Made by a program: the position numbers and the translations under genes. From a virus (taxonomy: Duplodnaviria > Caudoviricetes): a stretch of 64,000 nt of DNA. This document shows, in pieces, positions 54,964-63,998 of this stretch; positions within the stretch are counted from its first letter, which is position 1, and each line of letters starts with the position of its first letter. Under the pieces are notes generated by a model that saw only the letters and a program-made list of their open reading frames with translations, was not told the origin of the DNA and did no database searches. Where the stretch lies: positions 25,858-89,857 of the IMG/VR virus record IMGVR_UViG_3300032218_002851; one strand, 5' to 3'.

Positions 54964-55715
54964 ATTTTATCCAATAAATTTCTAAACCAATCAGCAGTAC
55001 CAATTCGGCGTGATTCATGTAGTTTAATTAGTCCTTTAGCTTCATCATCTCGTGCTTGAGCTAGTTTAGCATCTCGATCTGGATCGCTCGCCAATGCTTG
55101 TAATATAGATTTTACACTGTCTAAATCCGAAGGTTTAGCATTTTTATTTAATAGTATTTTGGCAGCATCAGCACGATTGTCAGCGACCACAGTGTTGTCA
55201 TCTCTGCGCATAACTTTGCCTGCGAATGCGTCAGTTTTTAATCCTAAGAATTTGCCAATACTGTTCAACAATATAAACAAATGTGAAGCAGCAAAATCTG
55301 GATCATCATACATGCCGCGAGGACCATGTTGATGCCAGTCTGCTACACGCTTGGCATCAACTATCACCATTAGATCTACTTGGGCACGACGTTCACCACT
55401 TGGAGTATCATAAGGTACTTCAACGTGAACATTTCGGCCTACAGTTTTCGCAGGATAACCCTTGTGTTTCATGAATGCTTCTAATTCTTTCTTGGCTGTT
55501 TTTTCATCAGCAGCTTTGAAATAAGCCATGACATCATTGGCATCTAAGAAAATGTCTATATCACCGCTTTCTACTTTATAACCAGCAGAACCAATATCAG
55601 CAACTGACGAAATTTGACTTGGCAGTTCTGACTGAACTTTTTTGACTATACCTTTGATGTATTCTCGTTTGACTGCACCGTCACCGAATACATTTCCGCT
55701 TTCAGTTAATTTCAT
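54960..55715 (-). CDS. Pol-beta-like nucleotidyltransferase
   Basis: IGSAGYKVESGDIDIFLD...AQVDLM. Confidence 0.65.
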   Translation of the reverse strand: MKLTESGNVFGDGAVKREYIKGIVKKVQSELPSQISSVADIGSAGYKVESGDIDIFLDANDVMAYFKAADEKTAKKELEAFMKHKGYPAKTVGRNVHVEVPYDTPSGERRAQVDLMVIVDAKRVADWHQHGPRGMYDDPDFAASHLFILLNSIGKFLGLKTDAFAGKVMRRDDNTVVADNRADAAKILLNKNAKPSDLDSVKSILQALASDPDRDAKLAQARDDEAKGLIKLHESRRIGTADWFRNLLDKI

Positions 55716-57457
55716 TAGCTTCTAGCCTTCTTCAATTTCTTGCAAAAATTACTATATTCGTTTTCTTCATGAATATATTTTTTTGCGATTAAATTTTTAT
55801 TTTCATATGCGCTAACGGCTAATCCTAATGCTTGTTTAGCTGCCATAAGATCTGGTAACCTAATTTTGTTCTCTGGTGTGCCTGCAGCTAATTGATCTAG
55901 AACCTTGGCTACTGCTTCAGGAACAGCGTTGCCGGAATCGTCTAGCCATTTTCTTGGTACATCAACTTGAAACATAGGCTTTTCTTCTACATCTGCCTTA
56001 ACTTGAAACATAGGCTTTTCTTCTACATCTGCCTTAACTTGAAATAATATAGGCATTTCTTCTTTATCTACCGATGCTTCAGCTGGAATACCCATATTCT
56101 TGTACAATGTATCGATAATCGTTGGATCCACGCCCACATCTTGTAAAACTTTGTGTATTTTAACACTGTCTGTTGGATTGCCAGCTTTCTTTAGAGCTTG
56201 TTGCAATTTATCTGGTGTAACTTTTTGAGTTAGATTTTGACCTTTGGTTTTGAGCCAATTACCAATGCTACCGGTGATATCTTTGAGAGCTTCGTTTGTT
56301 AGTTGGAAACCGTTGCGTGGTTTTCCCAGAGTTTCATTCAAATGCCACATCTTAATGGTAAGGTCGCGATCAATATATTTCTTTGGATTGAAGAATATTG
56401 ATTCTTTAAAGTCTTCAACGTTCTCACGAGAACTAGCAGTGGACACTTGCTGCTGGGCAGTCAATGCCTGCCCGGATGCGAATTCGCGGGCTTGCCGCAG
56501 GGACTGTAATTGTTCCGGCGTATAAAGTTCTTGAGGCACAGGTTTCCTGTCAATTTCGACCGGAACGTCACCAACTAATCGTGCATTATGGTTAAGACCA
56601 TTCAATCCCATCCTCTCAGCAAAATCGTTAATAAGCGCAGAGTCAGCTTCTGATTTAGCAGCATCGCGTTCCAGCTGGCGACGAGATGACTTCCACCGTG
56701 TATCAGATTCTGGCGGTTGTTCGCTGGATTGTTGATCAGCATCAGATTTTCCTTGCGTCTGATCCAGTGCACCACTGACTGCTGCACCAGCCATATTGCC
56801 TAATGCACCACCTGCTGCGCCAACAACTGCTCCGGCAACGCCTGATTTTAATGCTGATTTCCAATCTTGACCTTGTAATTTAGCAGCAGCTATTGCCAAT
56901 AAACCGCCGGTGACGCCACCAGCCAATGCTGCTCCAGCAGGACCGGCAAACATCATTCCGAGTTTACCGGCAACAGGCGCTGCTGCACCACCAATAGCAG
57001 CCAAAATCATTTTTTGTGCCATCGGTGATTTCATGCCTTGTTGGATCATCTGCATAGCAGATTTTTTAGCTGCTGGATCTTTAATATTATTGACTGCTGC
57101 TGTTGCCTTACTTTCAAATTCGCTGACTTTGCCAGCATCAGCTGGCGGTAGCTCATCATAAAACTTTTTCTTTATAGCGTCTGGTAATAACCTGCCTACC
57201 TTAGTAGAATTAGGGAGGTATGCTTGTGTAGCTTGAGCAGCACCGATAACTAAATGATTTATTTGTTCTTGTGATAACTCTGCTTCTGTCAAAAATACAT
57301 TTTCAGAAAGATATTTGATATATGGCACAACAAAATTTTCGTGCATATTTTTAAGATATCGTTGTGTTAAGCGATCTGTGTTGCTGCCTAAATTTTCAAA
57401 TAGTTCTAGACTATGTTGTTCTGACAACATTTGTTTTATAATTGTTTTCGTATTCAT
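55715..57457 (-). CDS. large glycine-zipper protein, probable virion internal protein
   Basis: Start moved to MNTKTII; AIGGAAA..GAALAGGVTGG..GAVVGAAGG glycine zipper; internal 12-aa repeat. Confidence 0.65.
   Translation of the reverse strand: MNTKTIIKQMLSEQHSLELFENLGSNTDRLTQRYLKNMHENFVVPYIKYLSENVFLTEAELSQEQINHLVIGAAQATQAYLPNSTKVGRLLPDAIKKKFYDELPPADAGKVSEFESKATAAVNNIKDPAAKKSAMQMIQQGMKSPMAQKMILAAIGGAAAPVAGKLGMMFAGPAGAALAGGVTGGLLAIAAAKLQGQDWKSALKSGVAGAVVGAAGGALGNMAGAAVSGALDQTQGKSDADQQSSEQPPESDTRWKSSRRQLERDAAKSEADSALINDFAERMGLNGLNHNARLVGDVPVEIDRKPVPQELYTPEQLQSLRQAREFASGQALTAQQQVSTASSRENVEDFKESIFFNPKKYIDRDLTIKMWHLNETLGKPRNGFQLTNEALKDITGSIGNWLKTKGQNLTQKVTPDKLQQALKKAGNPTDSVKIHKVLQDVGVDPTIIDTLYKNMGIPAEASVDKEEMPILFQVKADVEEKPMFQVKADVEEKPMFQVDVPRKWLDDSGNAVPEAVAKVLDQLAAGTPENKIRLPDLMAAKQALGLAVSAYENKNLIAKKYIHEENEYSNFCKKLKKARS
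55964..56044. repeat. 36-bp tandem repeat, about 2.25 copies (FQVKADVEEKPM)
   Basis: Unit AACTTGAAACATAGGCTTTTCTTCTACATCTGCCTT, exact copies, in frame. Confidence 0.9.
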
Positions 57458-57482
57458 ATTATATCTTTTCCAATCTATACGC

Positions 57483-58394
57483 TCATGGATTATATGTAAA
57501 CGTTTTTCCACCAAACGCATTGGGTGTAAGTTTTGTACCTGGCGCTGGTGTTACAGGTGCAGCAGGCGTAGTTGTACCTGGCGCTGGTGTTACAGGTGCA
57601 GCAGGCGTAGTTGTACCTGGCGCTGGTGTTACAGGTGCAGCAGGCGTAGTTGTACTTGGAGATGCTGCTCGGCCTGCTGCACCCATGCCTGCTAGCATTG
57701 CATTGCTGGCTGCAGATTTTTGTGCCTGGCGGCCTGCTGCACCCATGCCTGCTAGCATTGCATTGCTGGCTGCAGATTTTTGTGCCTGGCGGCCTGCTGC
57801 ACTCATACCTGGTACCATCTGATTGCTGGCTGCAGTTGTCTGTACTTGTTGCGCTGGCTGCGTTGTTTGGCTTCCAGCGCTTGATTGCATTGCCTTATTT
57901 GCATCTAATGCTTGGCCCAACTGAGTTGCTCCCATGCCGCGAGCAACTGCAGCTGAAAAACTTTTGTTTGATTGTGCGCTATCACCAGCAGCTGCGGTAG
58001 GACTTCCGATAACTTTTGCATTTAAAGCTTGCCCAACTACTTGTGTTATGTATTTGTTGACTGATTTTTGATCTACTATCTGATCTGTTGCTGGGTCTGT
58101 ATTTATTCCAGCTGTAGCTGGATCAAGTGCAGTAATATTAGTTCCAGATATTCGACCTGCCATATTAGTGGCGTAGTTTCGAAGATTGTCTAGTGTATTT
58201 CCTTGAGGATATCTACCTACTGTCATGTTCCATTGTTTAATCCAAGGTTTAGCAGCTTTATTAGCTTCATCTTGCCCTTGACCTTTTTGATATTCTCCAC
58301 TAAAAGTTTTTCCGCTGCGTACTGCACCAGCAATGCCTTTGCCTAGATTAGATACTACACCTTCTTGTACACTAGAAAATTCATTATATTTCAT
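57483..58394 (-). CDS. Ala/Gln/Pro/Thr-rich repeat protein
   Basis: MKYNEF..QEG N-terminal motif; C-terminal tandem repeats. Confidence 0.7.
   Translation of the reverse strand: MKYNEFSSVQEGVVSNLGKGIAGAVRSGKTFSGEYQKGQGQDEANKAAKPWIKQWNMTVGRYPQGNTLDNLRNYATNMAGRISGTNITALDPATAGINTDPATDQIVDQKSVNKYITQVVGQALNAKVIGSPTAAAGDSAQSNKSFSAAVARGMGATQLGQALDANKAMQSSAGSQTTQPAQQVQTTAASNQMVPGMSAAGRQAQKSAASNAMLAGMGAAGRQAQKSAASNAMLAGMGAAGRAASPSTTTPAAPVTPAPGTTTPAAPVTPAPGTTTPAAPVTPAPGTKLTPNAFGGKTFTYNP
57533..57655. repeat. 39-bp tandem repeat, 3 copies (TTTPAAPVTPAPG)
   Basis: Unit TTGTACCTGGCGCTGGTGTTACAGGTGCAGCAGGCGTAG, exact copies. Confidence 0.92.
57670..57802. repeat. 60-bp tandem repeat, about 2.2 copies (AAGRQAQKSAASNAMLAGMG)
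   Basis: Consecutive 60-nt sequence lines are identical over this span. Confidence 0.92.
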
Positions 58395-58635
58395 TGTTAG
58401 ATGCTTTCCTTATACCGCGAATGAATTTTTTTGGATCTTGCGCACGTATGCTATTAAGAAAACGTCGTTCTAATTCTTCAGAAACGTTCGTCTCGTAGTT
58501 TTCCCTGATATAATTGATCAGGTTTATAGCACCTGCTATAACGTTACTGGCACGACTCTCAATGAGCTTGTTTTTATCTCGCTCTACTAGAAGGCTATCT
58601 AGTTCATCAAGAATACTGCGAGTGCGTTTTTGCAA
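58384..58635 (-). CDS. conserved phage hypothetical protein
   Basis: RTRSILDELD...IESRASNVIAGAINL...DPKKFIRGI; TTG start with GAGG RBS. Confidence 0.7.
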   Translation of the reverse strand: MQKRTRSILDELDSLLVERDKNKLIESRASNVIAGAINLINYIRENYETNVSEELERRFLNSIRAQDPKKFIRGIRKASNNEI

Positions 58636-58691
58636 GATTTCACCTCGGTTTAGATGTATTTATGGGTTCTGTTTATAAATGAAACCTATAC

Positions 58692-58892
58692 TTATTTTTG
58701 TATCATGATCCATACAGAGTTTCCACGGTCCCAGATTCGGTCATACCCATTGGCTGCCATATTCTGCCATTCTGTCATCTCAGGGTTAAAAACTTCTAAC
58801 AAATTTTTCAGTTTATGTTTCTGATATTTCATGCGAGAACTTAACTTAATCCGAGATTCAATATAATAATAACTAGGTTCCGAATATAGCAT
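58692..58892 (-). pseudogene. C-terminal remnant of a Hef-like homing endonuclease
   Basis: PSYYYI...SRMKYQKHKLKNLLEVFNPEMTEWQNMAANGYDRIWDRGNSVW resembles the RIWDCG tail of jumbo-phage HEGs; no N-terminal domain. Confidence 0.5.
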
Positions 58893-58919
58893 TGACTTTT
58901 TATAATTTCAATATTTGTT

Positions 58920-60335
58920 TCATGCGTCATTATTTTTCTTTAATCCCGCTAACATCTGTTTTAGTTTGCTGCTTTGTGCAGAACCTGTTACCTCAACGCG
59001 GGTCATTTCACCAGTATTTTTGTTTACAGCATCAACCGAACTAGTAGTTTTGATTTGATTCAAAATATTACTAGCTGTTTTGCTACTGCTGTAGCCTTCT
59101 TGAGCTTCTTCTCCTGGGTCCGTAATACGTAAGCTCTCAATGTTAAATTCAAGATCCACTTTCTGCCCTACTCCTGAGCTAGAACGAGTTTTCATTAACT
59201 GAATCTGATATCTCCCTCGTTCTCGCATAGCCCTACTAGTAAAAATACCAAACACGTTATCAGCAGTATTTATCTTACTAATACCACCTGAAATATGGCT
59301 ATGATCAAATTCAATTTCTTCCACTGCACTACGATTCAACTGTGATGCCGTGATCATCAGAATATTAAATTCTCTTGCTAGATTTCTGAGTTCCTCACTT
59401 ACATATTTGTCTTTGACGAACAAATCGTTTGGACTTACCTTGGCACTGACTGGCATGACCAAATCTAGATAATCTACCATGATAAAGTCTGTTTTCTTGC
59501 CTGTCTGCACTTCTAGTTCTTTCAAATATGCACGAATCTGGTTGACATTGCTTTGTGCTGGCATGTACTTGATACGCAGATTGCCTGCTTTCTTTCCAGC
59601 CATCTTGACTTTCATTTCTACAGTGTCTAAATCCTTGAATACTTCACGAGTACTGATATTTGCTACCATGCTGTCCATTCGCATAGCACACAGTTCTTCA
59701 CTGAGTTCTAGACTCAGAAACACGCCATTTAGGCCTTGCGTGATCCAGTTGATTGCAATATTTTGCATAAACAAACTCTTGCCTGAGCCTGAACCGCCAG
59801 CAAAGATATTCAGTTCGCCTCTGTTCATACCACCGAACAGTTTTTTGTCCATCGAAGGCCAACCTGTGCTTACCTGACCGTTGTTTTCCTTTATTTTAAG
59901 AAGTCTGCTGCGAGGATCTGAGAAATAGTCTGTACCCATGTCTTTGGTCAGACTGATCTGAACTGCATCCTTGATCAGTTTTTCCACAGGATCATAATCA
60001 CCTTTTTCTAACAGATCTGCTGCTTTGAGAATTGCTCGTTCTAATTCTTGTCTACGACTGAATCCTTCAAACTCCTGCATAAACCAGTCATAATGACCTT
60101 CATTAAGTTCAGGCACTGGTCGAAGCTCGGTGCTGGTGATTGCTTGTATCTGTTCATACGTCGGAAGAGTTTTATAGTCGTTTGTATGCTGCTGAATAAA
60201 TTTGGCGCAATTACGCAGACTGCGATCAAAATTGTCAGGATTATAGATGTTCTGGACTCGCACAAACATTGTTGCGTCCGACATCATCATTTCTAGAAAA
60301 AGTTTTTGTAGATCGACGCTGTATTCTTTATTCAT
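58920..60335 (-). CDS. dnaB: replicative DNA helicase, DnaB/gp41-like
   Basis: Walker A GGSGSGKS, FLSLEL, MVDYLD, SEELRNLA, TASQLNRS, QLMKTRSS. Confidence 0.93.
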   Translation of the reverse strand: MNKEYSVDLQKLFLEMMMSDATMFVRVQNIYNPDNFDRSLRNCAKFIQQHTNDYKTLPTYEQIQAITSTELRPVPELNEGHYDWFMQEFEGFSRRQELERAILKAADLLEKGDYDPVEKLIKDAVQISLTKDMGTDYFSDPRSRLLKIKENNGQVSTGWPSMDKKLFGGMNRGELNIFAGGSGSGKSLFMQNIAINWITQGLNGVFLSLELSEELCAMRMDSMVANISTREVFKDLDTVEMKVKMAGKKAGNLRIKYMPAQSNVNQIRAYLKELEVQTGKKTDFIMVDYLDLVMPVSAKVSPNDLFVKDKYVSEELRNLAREFNILMITASQLNRSAVEEIEFDHSHISGGISKINTADNVFGIFTSRAMRERGRYQIQLMKTRSSSGVGQKVDLEFNIESLRITDPGEEAQEGYSSSKTASNILNQIKTTSSVDAVNKNTGEMTRVEVTGSAQSSKLKQMLAGLKKNNDA

Positions 60336-60338
60336 ATC

Positions 60339-61328
60339 TTAATTATGTAATTTTTTGCGCTTTAGTTCAATTTTCAATCGACCTGATTCCTTAGCATCAA
60401 TAATAGATTTTAATACAAACAATCGACCTAAGTTTGCCACTGCTTCATTTACATCTTTGTATTTTTCAAACCATATTGGATATGAAACATTCCAGCCAAA
60501 CTTTAGTGCTGTATCAATTAATTTTATTCCGGCTCGGTCAGCATCGGGCACTACAATAACTTCCCGGCCTAGACTGTCAATTATGTCGGCCTGTATTTCA
60601 CTACACTCGTTACTAAGGATGGCAACACCATCAATGCTCATGGCATCAAACGGACCTTCACACACTATGACAAACTTCGAGTCCGGCAGTTGTCGATCTA
60701 CATTGAAAACATAGTTTGGTTCGTATTGACTGAAGTATTTGGGTTTGATGCCGTCCTCGATCGCTCTTGCAGTATATCCAATTATATTATTGCGCCAGGT
60801 AAATGGTATTATTACCCTACGATGTAAGTTATATGCCTGTTCATCTGTGTGATAAAAATCATAACGGTCGGTATCTATCTTCCGTGCATTTAGATAATCT
60901 AACAACCGTTGTTCGGCATGTTCTCTCAAAAGCCTCGCATTACTTGGCACTGGCCTCGGTGAAAAAACTATTTCAGTTTCCTGTACTTGTTGTATCTTTT
61001 CTGGAGAGATAAGATCTTTAACACGTATAGCATCAATCACTAATCGCTTAACTTCAGATTCACTAGCTCCTAACCAACTTAATAGTTTTCGGAAATTATA
61101 AGTTAAATGACGACCGGGAATGTAGCTGGCTTTGAAGTTACAGTTGAAACAATGATAGCTTACTCCGCCATCGGAATTGGACACCAATCCACCACGCCCG
61201 CGAGTGTCGGCTGACTCCCCGTTATGATGACAACAAGGTGCATTAAAACTCGTCCACCCAGACGTAGCATTGGTTTTATGTTTTGCAGGCAGCAGAAGTT
61301 TTACTGCATCTTGTATTGTGTTCAGCAT
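60339..61328 (-). CDS. DNA primase (gp61-like, Zn finger + TOPRIM)
   Basis: NAPCC...YHCFNC zinc finger; RVIIPF, GYTAR; CEGPFDA, PDADRAG, KDVNE. Confidence 0.88.
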   Translation of the reverse strand: MLNTIQDAVKLLLPAKHKTNATSGWTSFNAPCCHHNGESADTRGRGGLVSNSDGGVSYHCFNCNFKASYIPGRHLTYNFRKLLSWLGASESEVKRLVIDAIRVKDLISPEKIQQVQETEIVFSPRPVPSNARLLREHAEQRLLDYLNARKIDTDRYDFYHTDEQAYNLHRRVIIPFTWRNNIIGYTARAIEDGIKPKYFSQYEPNYVFNVDRQLPDSKFVIVCEGPFDAMSIDGVAILSNECSEIQADIIDSLGREVIVVPDADRAGIKLIDTALKFGWNVSYPIWFEKYKDVNEAVANLGRLFVLKSIIDAKESGRLKIELKRKKLHN

Positions 61329-61402
61329 CTAGTAATTATACAGAGCCCAGCTAGGAATAGCAAATATTTTGGGCTTGATAGTTTTCAAATAAGTACATTA
61401 CT

Positions 61403-62065
61403 ATGACTGATATCCTCACACCACACGAACATTTTCCTAGCCTAATCTATTCTGTTGAAAAACCTGAATTCTTAGATGCTGTGCGAAAAGTAAGCCAGAA
61501 GTATTTGGCTTTAAGAAAAAACAGTGAACCTAAAATTGATCCTCTCTATCCTGTGCAGACTGCAGGTTATGCACATGAATCAGAACTGTCAGAGTTCACT
61601 GGCTACGTTGCACAAGCAGCATGGACTATACTAGACAGTCAAGGACATGATATGAAAAATCTTGGTACATATATTCAAGAAATGTGGACACAGGAACACA
61701 ACCAATACCACGGGCATGAAGAACACATACACAATCGTGGTGCTCAAATCACTGGAGTTTACTTCTTAGATTGTCCACCAAACAGTTGTAAAGTGGCCAT
61801 ACATGATCCACGCTATGGACGCAATCAAATTAACTTGCCCGAAGCAGACTTAAACAAAATTACCTTGGCCAGCAGCACAGTATTATTCATTCCTGAACCT
61901 GGCAGAATGTATTTCTTCAACTCTTGGCTACCACACAGTGTTACACGTAATCCTGTCAAGAGTCCAACTCGCTTGGTACATTTTAACTTGGGTGTTCGAG
62001 AACTTCCACCTATGCAGGCACAGGATCCTGCATCAACCACCATCTCAACTGCCACAGTGATCTAA
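61403..62065 (+). CDS. 2OG-Fe(II) oxygenase (TIGR02466-like)
   Basis: HEEHIH, ITGVYFL, PEPGRMYFFNSWLPHSV, RLVHFN. Confidence 0.85.
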   Translation: MTDILTPHEHFPSLIYSVEKPEFLDAVRKVSQKYLALRKNSEPKIDPLYPVQTAGYAHESELSEFTGYVAQAAWTILDSQGHDMKNLGTYIQEMWTQEHNQYHGHEEHIHNRGAQITGVYFLDCPPNSCKVAIHDPRYGRNQINLPEADLNKITLASSTVLFIPEPGRMYFFNSWLPHSVTRNPVKSPTRLVHFNLGVRELPPMQAQDPASTTISTATVI

Positions 62066-62066
62066 C

Positions 62067-62315
62067 ATGAACAAGTATCATATTAGATTTAACAAGAGTC
62101 GCGGACAACCTGGACGCGGAACCGTAGATCATGCATGGCGTGTGTTTGAGAATGGGAAAGAATATCTCGTTAAACATGTAAAGATTAACGTGCCGGTACA
62201 TGATGAAGTTACCGGTAACGGGGCAGGTGGGGATGATTGGAATTTTGCCTGCGAAGGTTATATGACCGTGGACAAAGAATCATCCACGGTCATTATAAAT
62301 GCTAATAAAGATTAA
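62067..62315 (+). CDS. conserved phage hypothetical protein
   Basis: YHIRFNKSRGQPGRGTVDHAWRVFENG; directly after the oxygenase. Confidence 0.7.
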   Translation: MNKYHIRFNKSRGQPGRGTVDHAWRVFENGKEYLVKHVKINVPVHDEVTGNGAGGDDWNFACEGYMTVDKESSTVIINANKD

Positions 62316-62515
62316 ACTGCTGTAGCGTGACCAACCCAGTCCCAAACACCTTCGTGGTCTTCGTGACATAGGCTCTTAGCATACTTGTCAGCGTTGGCTT
62401 GTGCTAATTCTTGTGTGTCAAAATTAGCAGGACTTGGGTGACGCTTGGTATCTGTGTTGCTAACAGTCATTCCTTCTTTTTTAGCTGAAGTTGCTGTGAT
62501 AGTAAATTGTGCCAT
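62312..62515 (-). CDS. small hypothetical protein
   Basis: ORF track; GAGGA RBS; late motif at 62539. Confidence 0.65.
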   Translation of the reverse strand: MAQFTITATSAKKEGMTVSNTDTKRHPSPANFDTQELAQANADKYAKSLCHEDHEGVWDWVGHATAV

Positions 62516-62549
62516 TTTTGGTTTCCTCTATATAAAGTTATTTATCTGA

Positions 62550-63998
62550 TTAGGTCTGGATCATCCAGCGATCTGTGTCAATTTTAAGCATTGTGACATA
62601 GGTGTCTGCAGGAACATTGATGCTGGCATCTGCTCCAAACTTGCTTAGAATCAAGGTAGTTGTTCCTGCATTAACTGGCTGTATCGTTGTTGAATTTGTT
62701 GAACCAGTGACCAGGGTAACCAGGCTACCAATTGGGAACGCTACATTAGCGTTGATGTCGATATACACATTACCAGTGCTGCCAGTTTTGTAAACATGCT
62801 TGCCAGCATCACTCAGTACCAGTGTGTAATCACCTGCGCCTGCTTGTAGATTCTGTGGCAAACTAATTGCAATAGGATCTGCATAGGTTAGTTCTTTGGA
62901 TGTGGTGTTGTAGTATACAGAATGTGAAGTGCTGGAAGCATTAGCACGAACAGGGTTGATGTACAAACCTGCCTCGCCTGGATTCAATGAATCACTGCTG
63001 GCATTGATTGCGATACTGTTTGCAACCTGACTTATGTAGCCAGCTTGGTAACCAATGGCAACTGAGTAGTTGCCCTGTGATGAGCCACAGCAAGCATTTC
63101 CATAACCTGCATAGTATCCAATGGCCACAGCATATTGACCTTGATCGCATGAGCCTGCATAGTAACCAATTGCAATGGCTTCACAGCATTGGCAATAACG
63201 ACCTGCAAAGTTACCAATAGCAACTGCATTGTTTCCTTGGCAGTTATAACCTGCATTTTTACCCACTGCCACAGCACCGTGACCTTGACAGCAATTACCA
63301 GCACTACGACCAATGGCCACAGCACTGAATCCCTGGGAGTCGTTGCCCGCACCGGCACCAATGGCAACTGCATGATATTGTTGGTAACATTCACCTGCAT
63401 AGCTACCTATCGCAACAGAACCACCATTGCCCCATCCTGGGCTTTGACCCTGGCAGTATTCACCTGCATAGTAACCGATAGCCACTGACTCTTCGTACTG
63501 GCAATAACGTCCTGCATAGTTACCAACGGCAACTGAGTTGATGCCCTGACAGCAGTAACCAGACTGTTTACCCACTGCCACAGCACCATGGCCTTGATTG
63601 TTATTACCTGCACTGCGACCAATGGCCACAGCACTGAATCCTTGATCACAGTTACCTGCGTCGCGTCCAATAGCAACGGCATGATACTGTTGGCAACATT
63701 CACCTGCATAGCTACCTATTGCAATGGCACCACCACTGCTGGAGCAATTATATGAAATGCCCTGACAGCATTGTCCTGCATAGCGACCAATAGCAACTGA
63801 ACCGCAACTCTGGCAGTATTCAGCGGCATAGTAACCAATGGCCACTGCTTCACAGTATTGATTGTATCGTCCTGCGTAGTTACCAATGGCAACTGCATTG
63901 TTTTCTTGATCGCAATAGCCAGCATTCTTGCCAATGGCCACTGAACCGTGTCCTTGACGATAATTACCTGCGGCACGACCAATGGCCACTGCACTGAA
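62550..63998 (-). CDS. tail fibre with Cys-rich 14-aa beta-roll repeats (5' end off the window)
   Basis: About 20 AVAIG..AG...Q repeats; C-terminal YTLVLSDAGK...FPIG...W tail domain; frame open to the window edge. Confidence 0.8.
   Translation of the reverse strand, partial: FSAVAIGRAAGNYRQGHGSVAIGKNAGYCDQENNAVAIGNYAGRYNQYCEAVAIGYYAAEYCQSCGSVAIGRYAGQCCQGISYNCSSSGGAIAIGSYAGECCQQYHAVAIGRDAGNCDQGFSAVAIGRSAGNNNQGHGAVAVGKQSGYCCQGINSVAVGNYAGRYCQYEESVAIGYYAGEYCQGQSPGWGNGGSVAIGSYAGECYQQYHAVAIGAGAGNDSQGFSAVAIGRSAGNCCQGHGAVAVGKNAGYNCQGNNAVAIGNFAGRYCQCCEAIAIGYYAGSCDQGQYAVAIGYYAGYGNACCGSSQGNYSVAIGYQAGYISQVANSIAINASSDSLNPGEAGLYINPVRANASSTSHSVYYNTTSKELTYADPIAISLPQNLQAGAGDYTLVLSDAGKHVYKTGSTGNVYIDINANVAFPIGSLVTLVTGSTNSTTIQPVNAGTTTLILSKFGADASINVPADTYVTMLKIDTDRWMIQT

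Noticed and set aside
57458-57520. MRLVEK start as another example of the packaging tag
   Set aside because: It overlaps the end of the upstream gene; the likelier start is ATG 57457
57533-57802. 39-bp and 60-bp direct repeats as a CRISPR array
   Set aside because: Head-to-tail copies without spacers, lengths are multiples of three, and they encode peptide repeats inside a gene
63032-63994. Alternative-frame minus-strand ORFs in the fibre gene
   Set aside because: They are shadows of the periodic repeat sequence with no independent starts; no frameshift signal seen
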